Assembly (NCBI GenBank): GCA_963806185.1
Contig: CAWDXE010000006.1
Span: 86,064-150,063 of the forward strand
Source: an uncultured candidate division Zixibacteria bacterium
GTDB lineage: Bacteria > Zixibacteria > MSB-5A5 > GN15 > FEB-12
DNA: 64,000 nucleotides
Direction of reading: 5' to 3'
Positions 33,810 to 42,648 of the stretch are shown here, one piece after another. A program made the position numbers and the translations under genes. Each line of letters begins with the position of its first letter. Position 1 is the stretch's first letter. Below the pieces are notes generated by a model that was not told where the DNA came from, searched no databases, and saw nothing but the letters and a program-made list of their open reading frames with translations.

Positions 33810-35138
33810 TTACCCCTTGATATCGTGAACTTTCATCCGGCTGTAGAGCCGGCGCCGGGTGATCCGCAGCAGCTTGGCCGCCTCCGTCTTGTTGCCACCA
33901 GCCCGCTCCAATGCTCCCAGAATCAACTGCTTTTCGGTCGCTTCCAGCCCCCTTTCACCCATGGGAGCATCATCAAGATCAAGCGGAGCATCATCGATTT
34001 CAAGTGAAAAGTCCTCGACCGACAGCGGCTCTCCGCCGGACAAAATGGCCGCCCGCTCCAGGACGTTTCGGAGTTCGCGGATATTCCCCGGCCAGTCGTA
34101 TGCTGTCAATAGCTCGGTCACCGGCTCAGCCAGTTGCCAATGGGCAAATCCCTGACGCTGCAACATGTGCTCTGCCAACGCCACTACGTCGTTTACCCGC
34201 TCCGCCAGAGTCGGAATAGCAATAGGAAACACATTCAGTCGGAAATACAAATCCTCCCGAAATCCCCCGCGCTTGATCTCGTCCTTAAGATTCCGATTGG
34301 TCGCCGAAATGATGCGTACGTCTATGTCGACACTGTCAATCCCGCCCACCCGGACCAATTGCCGCTCCTCGATCACCCGAAGCAACTTCGATTGCATTCC
34401 GGGCGACATCTCGCCGATTTCGTCCAGGAATATCGTTCCCTTCTCCGCCAGCTCGAACCGCCCCCGTTTGCGCGCCTGCGCCCCGGTAAACGCTCCCTTT
34501 TCATGGCCGAAAAGTTCCGATTCCAATAGCGTCTCGGTGAGGGCCGCGCAATTGATCGCAATGAAGGCATTCTCCTTACGCCGGGAATGCTGATGAATCA
34601 TCCGCGCCACCAGTTCCTTCCCGGTCCCCGACTTCCCGGTGATCAGCACCGAGGCATCCGTCGGCGCAACCTGATGAATCAGCTTCTTCACCTTCTCCGC
34701 GGCCGCCGACCGGCCGACAAACTCAGAGAGCAGCGAGGCCTCAGCCTGCTTTTCCAGATGCTCGACCATCGCCGCCTGGCGCTGTTGGGAGATCAGCCGA
34801 TTGACCAGCAGGGCGAGTTCTTCGAGCGAAAACGGTTTGATCAGGTAGTCGGCCGCCCCCCGTTTCATCGCCTTTACCGCGCTTTCCACCGTCCCGTAAG
34901 CGGTCATGATGATCACCTCGGTGCCGGTTCGTTCGAGCGCCTTGTCGAGTATCGTCATGCCGGAGACATTCGGCATGGAAAGGTCGGTCACCACCACATC
35001 ATATGAGTGCGTCTCGAGCATCTTCATGGCCACCTGCGGATCGGTGGCCGTGCTCACCCGATGCCCGGCATCTTCCAGCTCGCCGCACACGAGGGCGGTC
35101 ATTTTCGGTTCATCGTCGACTACCAGTATCCGCGCCAT
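33810..35138 (-). CDS. Sigma54-dependent response regulator (NtrC/AtoC/ZraR family)
   Basis: REC + AAA+ (GKSGTGKE, ESELFGHEKGAFTGA, WPGNIREL) + Fis-type HTH. Confidence 0.95.
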   Translation of the reverse strand: MARILVVDDEPKMTALVCGELEDAGHRVSTATDPQVAMKMLETHSYDVVVTDLSMPNVSGMTILDKALERTGTEVIIMTAYGTVESAVKAMKRGAADYLIKPFSLEELALLVNRLISQQRQAAMVEHLEKQAEASLLSEFVGRSAAAEKVKKLIHQVAPTDASVLITGKSGTGKELVARMIHQHSRRKENAFIAINCAALTETLLESELFGHEKGAFTGAQARKRGRFELAEKGTIFLDEIGEMSPGMQSKLLRVIEERQLVRVGGIDSVDIDVRIISATNRNLKDEIKRGGFREDLYFRLNVFPIAIPTLAERVNDVVALAEHMLQRQGFAHWQLAEPVTELLTAYDWPGNIRELRNVLERAAILSGGEPLSVEDFSLEIDDAPLDLDDAPMGERGLEATEKQLILGALERAGGNKTEAAKLLRITRRRLYSRMKVHDIKG

Positions 35139-35140
35139 AG

Positions 35141-36470
35141 TCAGTGCATCGCTTTCTTGGGCAAATGGATGATCATGCGAGTTGACGAACCGGGACGACT
35201 GTCGACCGTCAGCTTGCCTCGCATTTCTTCAATGAGTCGTTTACTTAAGTACAGGCCCAGCCCGGAACCGGTTTGCTTGGTCGTATAGAACGGGGCAAAG
35301 ATCCGCTTGGCTTCCTTCGCCGTCATGCCCGGCCCGTAGTCGATCACTACTATTTGTACTTCGTGCTGACGGTCGGTCACGTCCAGGCCCACTTTGATCG
35401 GCCGCTCCGCCGCCTGGCAAGCTTCCGCTCCGTTTACCAGTAAATTCAATATAACCTGCCGCAACGCCCGGGGAAATCCCTCCATTGACAGCGCCGGTAC
35501 CGGTGCTTCCTCCACCCACTGCGCCTGCTGGCCGGCGTACCGGGTGAGGAAGTGTTTCCGAATGGTGCTCACCATCTCCGCCAGATCATACGTTTCAGGC
35601 GTCTCGGTGGCAATCAGCGATTGCTCCGCTCGGGCAAAATTCAGATACCCGGTCACCAGCGCGTTAAGTCGGTCGGTCTCTTCAACGATATACTTCGCTT
35701 CCTCGGCCTGGTGCTTCTTGAAGAGGCGTTCGGCCGACGCCCGGATGATGCCGAGCGGGTTCTTGACTTCATGCGCGACGACCGCCACCATCCGCCCCAT
35801 GAACGAGTGCGTCTCGCCCATATACAATCGCTGTTCGATCTGATTGAGGCGGCGCTGCAGGAGGAGGAATACCGCCCCAAGCATCAGCCCGCCCAGCATC
35901 GAGATCCCGGTCGCATACCAGAGGTTTTTTCGCAGGGCGGCCAGCGACGCGAAGTAGTCGACATTTGCTTCCACCCCCAGCACCGCCGCCACCGATCTAT
36001 TCCGGTCGGTGATCGGTGCGAAGGCCGACTTCAGGACGACCTCCCCCACCTGATACGATGGTGTGGCGATGGTCGCATGACTGGTGCCAAAGAACAGGGA
36101 GTCGATATATTTCCCGTTGAATGAGGCAAGAAAGTACACACTGTCGACTTCGACCTGCGTAGTGGCGAGGTAGTGAGAACCGTCGTCCAGAATGAACACC
36201 TCGGACAGCGAGTCCGACAACCGCAGCCGCTCCAGCCGACCGATGACCGAGGCGTACACCTCCAGATCATTGGCTCTGAGCTTGTCCAGCTCTTCCGTCT
36301 GGATACCGTCTGCTCCCACCTGCGCCAGCGCCGATAGACCGCCGCGACAACTGGTTGTCGAGCATCACTTCGGTTTTCCGGTAGTAGAGCCACCAGGAGA
36401 GATTGACCAGGGCGATCAGGACGAGAGTAAAGACGGCGATGACAATCAGCCGGACGGAGGTAGTTCGCAT
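35141..36470 (-). CDS. Membrane sensor histidine kinase; one indel near 36335
   Basis: ORF 36267..36470 supplies TM1. ORF 35141..36319 supplies the periplasmic domain, TM2, HEVKNPL H-box and N/G1/F/G2 boxes. Confidence 0.88.
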
Positions 36471-36524
36471 GCCGCAAAGAAGCGGTTCTCAGTTCGGCTT
36501 GGCAACAAGAGTTGTTGGGGGGGA

Positions 36525-36850
36525 TGTGCCGTCAGGCCCCCGTGCCTGACGGAATCCGTTGCGTCAGGTCCTGCGGCGATTCTTGTCGCCGTGTGACCTG
36601 ACGCCTCACCCTACTCGCCCTCACCCCAACCCTCTCCCGGAGGGAGAGCAAGCAAGAGGGAATCTGTAGGGCAGCATCGATGCCCGCCGAGGGCGGGCAG
36701 ATGCTGCCGGGGGGCCCATGAATTCCGAAAGATGGCAGCACCCGCTCGAAGACTCGCATCGGTGCTGCCCTACGTGATGGGTTCATTCCAATGGCCGGCG
36801 TACGTCTCGTGCGTCGGCGGGTGTGCCGTCAGGCCCCCGTGCCTGACGGT
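36525..36850. repeat. Mosaic REP/REPIN cluster
   Basis: Two GTCAGGCCCCCGTGCCTGAC copies, GTCCTGCGGCGATT..TCGCCGTGTGAC, CCCTCACCCCAACCCTCTCCC, a REPIN at 36666-36773 and TGGCCGGCGTACGTCTCGTGCG. Confidence 0.8.
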
Positions 36851-38493
36851 GGAGGAATGGGCAGCGTGTCGGGCCGAACTACATGCTGCCAAAGCCAAGA
36901 ATCAAACCATCTCACAATGTCACTACTGAAACGATGTGGATAAATGACTAAAAACAGTGGTACCCAATGAGGATGCTTCTTCAACATTGCAGGCACAGTA
37001 ATTCCACCGCATTCCTCAGCCATTTCCTGCAATTCCTGCCAGTCCATGGTGTATGGCGGTATGATGGTCGAGTTGTACCCAGTCGGTGTTCGCCACAACA
37101 GATATTGCCATGATTCATTAGGGTCGACTCGATGAAGCATAAGGTACGTGTAGAGCGGCCATTGCAGCTTCAGCTCACGTTTCCAGTTCATTCTTACGGC
37201 AAGATGCAATAGAGCTTCAGGAGTATAAGCGCTACCTTCGAAATTCTCGCTGATCTTCCCGTCAGCCAATCCGAGTTGAGAGAGCACGACAGACTCGCCG
37301 CTATAGTAAGGGGACGCCAAAGGGCATTTTGACCCCGGTTTGTTCGACGTGATTACAGCATCAAGGACACTCATAATTATTTGTTCGGGAGCTGGTGTAG
37401 AGTCTACCGTGCGAAGATACCAATAAGCCGCAACATACGACGAGACAGCGCCCTCCCCCCATAAAGACATTTCTCTCAGATGCGAGCGAAGGAACCTTTG
37501 TATCATTCCATCAATTTCTTCACTGCAATGTTCAAGTGATCTGTTCCAGATACCGAAAGCACTCAGAACACCAACCAGGAAGGTCACGCGCAATGTATAG
37601 AATGGCTGATCGGGGAGTGCATTGCCCTCCAATAAGTGATCTCTCTTTCCAATCTCTTCGATTAGATTTTCAAAAGACTCAAGTACATACTGCTCTACTA
37701 ATCGAAATGTGGAAGTCCAGTACTTCTGGGGGAGTTGATGTTGCTCAATGACCGCAGATATATAGGCCAAAAAGAACACCCACACTTGTATCTTGGCACA
37801 GTGGTTGTTCTTCTCCTCGTACGAGGCTGAAGCAACAGCTGTAATTAAGGCTGAACTAGCTATGGCGCGAAAGAAACTTGCTTTGGAGGGGCTTTTTTCC
37901 CTTTCATTGAGAAAGGGCATCGAGTAACTCAACAGCCGTTCGAACTTTTCAGGGGAAGGTTCATTATTTCCCTCCTCGAGGTAGAGTTCGCCCAATATTC
38001 GGAAATCGCGCAATTCGCTCGGAAGAAGCGACCGCGATAGCGCCAGAGTCATCGCCAAGAGTTTTCCTCGGGAAATGAGCTCAACCTGTCGCTCGGGAAA
38101 GCCCTTGTCGCGAAGACCACTATTAAAATTATTAATAGAGACTTGTATTTCTTCCTCGATGTCTGCGTTTACAACTAGGTAAGACCGATGCCAGCGAGCG
38201 CTCGCGAGACCAGGGTAGTTCACCTTCAGCATCACAAGATCCAACAGTTGTGATTCTGCTTCCCTCCAATCGTTTCTCGAAAATCGCTTGTTACTCGTGC
38301 TCTTGAGTTGGTACGCATGAATCTCGCCATCTGGGCTGACGCTAATCACGTCCTTGCCCTCCTCGAGGCCGGTATGCCGCGTGGAGTGAACAATTTCGTG
38401 TCCCTCGTTGATGAGCATGGCGCAGAAGGGCAACTGGTAACTTCGCTCTGTCGCACTATCCAACCAATTTTCGAGAAGCCTCTCTATCATCAA
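36829..38493 (-). CDS. Hypothetical protein with an N-terminal PD-(D/E)xK (Mrr/REase-like) nuclease domain and a helical C-terminal region
   Basis: E(RSYQ)...HTGLEEGKDVISVSPDGEIHAYQLK matches the E..D..QxK active-site pattern; AT-richer than the flanks. Confidence 0.75.
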   Translation of the reverse strand: MMIERLLENWLDSATERSYQLPFCAMLINEGHEIVHSTRHTGLEEGKDVISVSPDGEIHAYQLKSTSNKRFSRNDWREAESQLLDLVMLKVNYPGLASARWHRSYLVVNADIEEEIQVSINNFNSGLRDKGFPERQVELISRGKLLAMTLALSRSLLPSELRDFRILGELYLEEGNNEPSPEKFERLLSYSMPFLNEREKSPSKASFFRAIASSALITAVASASYEEKNNHCAKIQVWVFFLAYISAVIEQHQLPQKYWTSTFRLVEQYVLESFENLIEEIGKRDHLLEGNALPDQPFYTLRVTFLVGVLSAFGIWNRSLEHCSEEIDGMIQRFLRSHLREMSLWGEGAVSSYVAAYWYLRTVDSTPAPEQIIMSVLDAVITSNKPGSKCPLASPYYSGESVVLSQLGLADGKISENFEGSAYTPEALLHLAVRMNWKRELKLQWPLYTYLMLHRVDPNESWQYLLWRTPTGYNSTIIPPYTMDWQELQEMAEECGGITVPAMLKKHPHWVPLFLVIYPHRFSSDIVRWFDSWLWQHVVRPDTLPIPPPSGTGA

Positions 38494-39050
38494 AGTCCCT
38501 TCGTTTTTTGGCTATAAGTGCCTCGAATTGCTTCTTAATCTCCGGATCACTTTCAGACTCCACCATAATCTGCCTAAATCGTTCAGCCATTTGTGGCGCT
38601 GCTACTATTGTCGGCAGCTTGATTTTCCCGCTGCGATCGAAGTCCATTTCGACATTCTCTAGCATATCGAGGAAATCGCGAGGTCCAAAACTCTCCCGAC
38701 GAAATTGAAGGTCCTGCCCTTCTCATCGAGAAACTGCGAAATAGAAGAGAAGAAAGTGCGCTGCTGTTGTTCCGCTACCTGTTTCGCAATACTGTCGACA
38801 AGCTCCATCAACTTGGGTTGACCTCCTGCAATCAACTCGGACGGAGCGAAGGAGATTTGTCCGGACAATTTCATTAATGTGGGCTTTCATCGACTGCGCC
38901 GTCTGCCCGGATGACGCGCATCTTGTTCGCTTCAAATGCCTTCGATTCAGAGATGCCCAAAACTGATATGAATGTTCTCGCCCGCGTATAGATGAGCTTG
39001 TCGATGGAGCGGAGGACGACTTCCTTTGACTTGGGGTAGTCTGGCAACAC
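38456..39050 (-). CDS. Hypothetical protein of ~198 aa hidden by two indels (~38880, ~38695); possible truncated HK97/encapsulin-like fold
   Basis: GTG 39050 MLPDYPKSKEVV...IRADGAVDESP / LMKLSGQISFAPSELIAGG..KGRTFNFVG / ESFGPRDFLDMLENVEMDFDRSGKIKLPTIVAAP...DREASRKLVG*; overlaps the start of the nuclease gene. Confidence 0.65.
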
Positions 39051-39059
39051 GGCTTTACC

Positions 39060-39893
39060 CTACATCCTCTCCACGCACCCCGCGATCAGGTCACGAATTT
39101 CGGTTCGGTGCGCGAGGCTGTCCCGATCACATCCTGCAACGAGCACGGATGCATGTTGTCGGCCAGCCCCATATCGGTAATAATCGAGAACGCCAGATAT
39201 CTTGCTCCTCTGATGATGCGCCGCGATCACCTCCGGCACCGTCGACATCCCGACCGCGTCGCCGCCGATCGTCCGGAAAAACCGGTACTCCGCCGCCGTC
39301 TCCAGCGTCGGGCCGGTCAGCCCCACATACACGCCGGTCTGCAAGCGGCAAGTTTCTGCTCCAGCGCCACCTGCTTGGCGATCTCCTGATACTTGTGGTT
39401 GTAGACCTCGTACATGTCGGGGAAACGGTCGCCCCACTTGTCGTCGTTCGGGCCGATCAGCGGATTGCCGGGAAAGAAATTGATGTGGTCCTTGATCAGC
39501 ATGACGTCGCCCGCCTTGAAATTCGGGTTCATCCCGCCGGCGGCGTTGGACACAATCAGCGTCTCCATGCCGAGCATCTTCATCACCCGCACCGGAAACG
39601 CGATCTGCTGGAACGAATACCCCTCATAATAGTGGAACCGCCCCTGCATGCAGACCACCGGTTTCCCCTTCAGGTGGCCGAACAAGAGCCGTCCGGCGTG
39701 CGACTCGACTGTCGACACCGGGAAATGCGGAATCTTGTCGTACGACACCGTGCCGGTCATCTGGATACCGTCGACCAGCGACCCGAGCCCGGTGCCGAGG
39801 ATGATGCCGATCTGCGGTTTGAGTTTGATCTGCGATTGAATGTACGCTGGTGGCTTCGCCAAGCTGTTTGTGAATTTCTGCCCACGTCTGCAT
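39060..39893 (-). CDS. punA: Purine-nucleoside phosphorylase (several indels)
   Basis: [41 protein letters not shown] and [10 protein letters not shown] motifs spread over three frames. Confidence 0.9.
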
Positions 39894-39984
39894 GTCTGTC
39901 TCCATTTGGGTATGTGTAATTATGTTTGTCGTTTACTCCTACGCTCACCAGTAAATGGTGGGGCACGGGAACTATGCGCCTCAC

Positions 39985-40158
39985 CGGCCCTCACCCCAAC
40001 CCTCTCCCAGAGGGGAGGGGGAGGAAGATGCGCTCGTGGCGCACGGGACGTACGCCACGCACGGAATGCACTCCGCCCACCAATCATGTTCGGCGTTTGC
40101 CGTGGCCGGCGTACGTCTCGTGCGCCGGCTTGTAAGTCAGGCTCCCTGCGAGCCTGAC
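39985..40158. repeat. REP-like cluster
   Basis: CCCTCACCCCAACCCTCTCCCAGAGGGGAGGGGG, GTGGCCGGCGTACGTCTCGTGCGCCGGC and GTCAGGCTCCCTGCGAGCCTGAC. Confidence 0.75.
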
Positions 40159-40898
40159 GATTGGTCCTTCGTGAAAATGAAATTCGCCGTGCAAGGAAGC
40201 ATCCGCTGCAAGAACGTCAGGCGGCGAAGCACAAAATAATACACTGTCTCCACCGGCCCCCGCTTCACCAGCGACGGATAGTAATCCACCCGGCAGTTCA
40301 AACCGGCCTGGCGCGCCATGCGGACGATGTCACCCGGTACCAGCACATCCTCGGGTACCGACGATCGCTTCTTTATCACCCGTCGATAGGCCAGCGGATA
40401 CAGCACCTTAGGAGACGTCGGTTCATAAAACCAGCAGGCCGCGCCGGTCGGCTTCAGGATGCGGGCCATCTCGCGCAATGTCTGGGCGTGCGCCACAAAA
40501 TGGTGTGCCGCCGCATAACAGAAGATCAGATCAACCGACGCATCGGCCTCTTCAGTGGCATACCCCTTCGCGGCATAAGCCCGGTCGATCTTCACTTTCC
40601 AGATATGTTCCCATTTATTCACCGAGGCTACCGCGTCCGGGCTGATATCGGTGGCCACGACAATCGCGTCGGGGTGAAGGCGTTTCACGAAACACGACGC
40701 CCACCCTTGACCTGCGCCCAGCTCCAGAATCCGGCCCGTCAGGCGAAGTTCTGAGGCGTATCGACGAAGGCAGTCGAGCAGGATCTCCGCATCGGCAACT
40801 TTGGATATGACGTTCTCCACCGACTCAGACGTCGGCTTCTCCGCCGGCGAGTTACGCCAGAAAGCCAGTTCCCGGGCCTGCTTTTCCTCGATGCTCAC
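40137..40898 (-). CDS. Class I SAM-dependent methyltransferase
   Basis: ILELGAGQG motif I, TDIS, VDLIFCYAAAHH and LREMARILKP. Confidence 0.85.
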   Translation of the reverse strand: MSIEEKQARELAFWRNSPAEKPTSESVENVISKVADAEILLDCLRRYASELRLTGRILELGAGQGWASCFVKRLHPDAIVVATDISPDAVASVNKWEHIWKVKIDRAYAAKGYATEEADASVDLIFCYAAAHHFVAHAQTLREMARILKPTGAACWFYEPTSPKVLYPLAYRRVIKKRSSVPEDVLVPGDIVRMARQAGLNCRVDYYPSLVKRGPVETVYYFVLRRLTFLQRMLPCTANFIFTKDQSSGSQGA

Positions 40899-40922
40899 GC
40901 TCGCTTCTCTCTCATCAAAGGT

Positions 40923-41387
40923 CTATGCTCCCCCGCCCGCGCGCCGCATGGTAATAAACCGATTCACGTGGCGCAAAGCTTCTTTGTTCTCCGGCCAGTA
41001 GAGCATGTCAATCGCCTCGCCCAGCGAGCACCAGCGGTAATCGTCATGCTCGCGCGGGTCGATCGTGATCGCCGATTCCGGCCGTACCTCGGCCATGTAG
41101 ACGCGCTCGACAATTTCCTTAACATCCCAGTGATACCTGTCGCGGAAATCGTCATCAAGCGGAAAAGAGTACGAGTATTCGACATCGACGACCGACACGC
41201 CTCGGACGCCCGTTTCCTCGCTCAGTTCCCGATTGGCCGCCGCGATTGGCGTCTCTCCCCCTTCTACGCCGCCGGAGACACCCTGCCAGAAACAGTCCTT
41301 GCCCGAATTGCGATGCAACAGCAGATACTCGATCCCCCGCTCGTTGATTCGATAGACGAAGACCATGACTTGTATGGGCTGGCGCAT
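40923..41387 (-). CDS. NUDIX hydrolase (NudB/dATP pyrophosphohydrolase-like)
   Basis: WQGVSGGVEGGETPIAAANRELSEETG Nudix box and EHDDYRW. Confidence 0.9.
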   Translation of the reverse strand: MRQPIQVMVFVYRINERGIEYLLLHRNSGKDCFWQGVSGGVEGGETPIAAANRELSEETGVRGVSVVDVEYSYSFPLDDDFRDRYHWDVKEIVERVYMAEVRPESAITIDPREHDDYRWCSLGEAIDMLYWPENKEALRHVNRFITMRRAGGGA

Positions 41388-41401
41388 ACCTGATCATCCG
41401 C

Positions 41402-42151
41402 TCATTTCGGTTTCCGGCCGATTAGCCACATCCACAGGCAATTGGTGTCGATCGGTTCTTCTTTGACCGAGCCAAACCCCTCGATCTCCTCAAACCCAAC
41501 CTGCTCGAACATGCCGGCCAGTTCGTGGAATGAGTACATCCGCAGGGACACCTCATGCGTCACCTCGCGGCCATCTTTCTTGATGAACGTCCATGGCCCG
41601 TGATTGCGCGAGGTGCGGTAATCGAATTGCCTTGAATGCAGCAGCAGAAGATCCCCGTGCCGTTCCCAGTCTCTCGTCGTGTAGTGTTTCAGAATCCAGT
41701 CGCGATTGACGATTTGCACCATGAGCCTGCCACCCGGCTTCAGTGCGGCGTAGAGTCGTTTCAAAACCAGCACATTGTCGGCCTCGCGTTCGAAATAACC
41801 CAGCGAGGTTCCGAGATTCGCCGCACCGTCGAAGCGATTGGCGAAAGCAAGGCGGCGCATGTCGCCCCTCTGCGTGGCAATGCGCACTCCGGCTTTCGCC
41901 GCTTTGGCGTTGAGTCGTTCCAGGTACGACGAGGTGAGATCAACGCCGGTCACCCGGATCCCCAGCTTTGCCAGCGGGATGGAAATGCGGCCAATGCCGC
42001 AGGGACAGTCGAGGAAACTCATCCCCTTCTTGAGCCGCAGCTTCGCCATGATGTAGCGCGCCTCGGCACTTGCCTTGCGAGCGCTCTGCAGTTCCAGGAC
42101 GTCATGAAAGTCCTCAAAGAAATCATTGAACCATTTCTTCTCCGGTGCCAT
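41402..42151 (-). CDS. Class I SAM-dependent methyltransferase
   Basis: FLDCPCGIGR, VTGVD, GDMR and LKPGG motifs. Confidence 0.9.
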   Translation of the reverse strand: MAPEKKWFNDFFEDFHDVLELQSARKASAEARYIMAKLRLKKGMSFLDCPCGIGRISIPLAKLGIRVTGVDLTSSYLERLNAKAAKAGVRIATQRGDMRRLAFANRFDGAANLGTSLGYFEREADNVLVLKRLYAALKPGGRLMVQIVNRDWILKHYTTRDWERHGDLLLLHSRQFDYRTSRNHGPWTFIKKDGREVTHEVSLRMYSFHELAGMFEQVGFEEIEGFGSVKEEPIDTNCLWMWLIGRKPK

Positions 42152-42180
42152 ACACACGCTCCTTCCAAGCCCCCTTCACC

Positions 42181-42573
42181 TTACCCTCGGCTTGCAAACG
42201 CCACCACGTGACAGTCGGGATCCATCACGTACGCCGCGTTATCGCCCCAGCCGCGCAATTGCAGCGGGCTCAACTCAGTGGCGCCCGCATTCAACGCCCG
42301 TGTCACATACGCCTGCGGATCGTCAACCGTCAGATACAGCTCCGCGCGCGGAATTCCCTCCGCCCGCTCCGGATCCGGCAGCTTGTCGCCCAACAGCTTT
42401 TTGATGCCGGAACTGGGCATCAAACCGAGTGTCGAGTTGTCAGTCAGCGCAAATTCGGTCATCCCGGGCACATGAAGCGTCGGCTCGGCCGCCAGCACCG
42501 CGCGGTAAAAATCAGCACTGACCTGCTGATCGCGAACATAGAGTATGAAAAGCGAGGCCTTCACCGTTGTCAT
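42181..42573 (-). CDS. VOC/glyoxalase family protein
   Basis: ILYVRDQQVSADFY...WGDNAAYVMDPDCHVVAF. Confidence 0.85.
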   Translation of the reverse strand: MTTVKASLFILYVRDQQVSADFYRAVLAAEPTLHVPGMTEFALTDNSTLGLMPSSGIKKLLGDKLPDPERAEGIPRAELYLTVDDPQAYVTRALNAGATELSPLQLRGWGDNAAYVMDPDCHVVAFASRG

Positions 42574-42648
42574 AGAATACGCTCAAGATAGACATGACTG
42601 TCCGGTCGGAAAAGCGAATTTGCAGTCCCGGCACTTGGACTCAGTGCA

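Noticed and set aside
40137-42151. Two SAM methyltransferases as the cognate DNA methylases of the nearby nuclease
   Set aside because: They lack DPPY/NPPY or PC motifs, look like small-molecule methyltransferases, have host-like GC content and are separated from the insert by punA.
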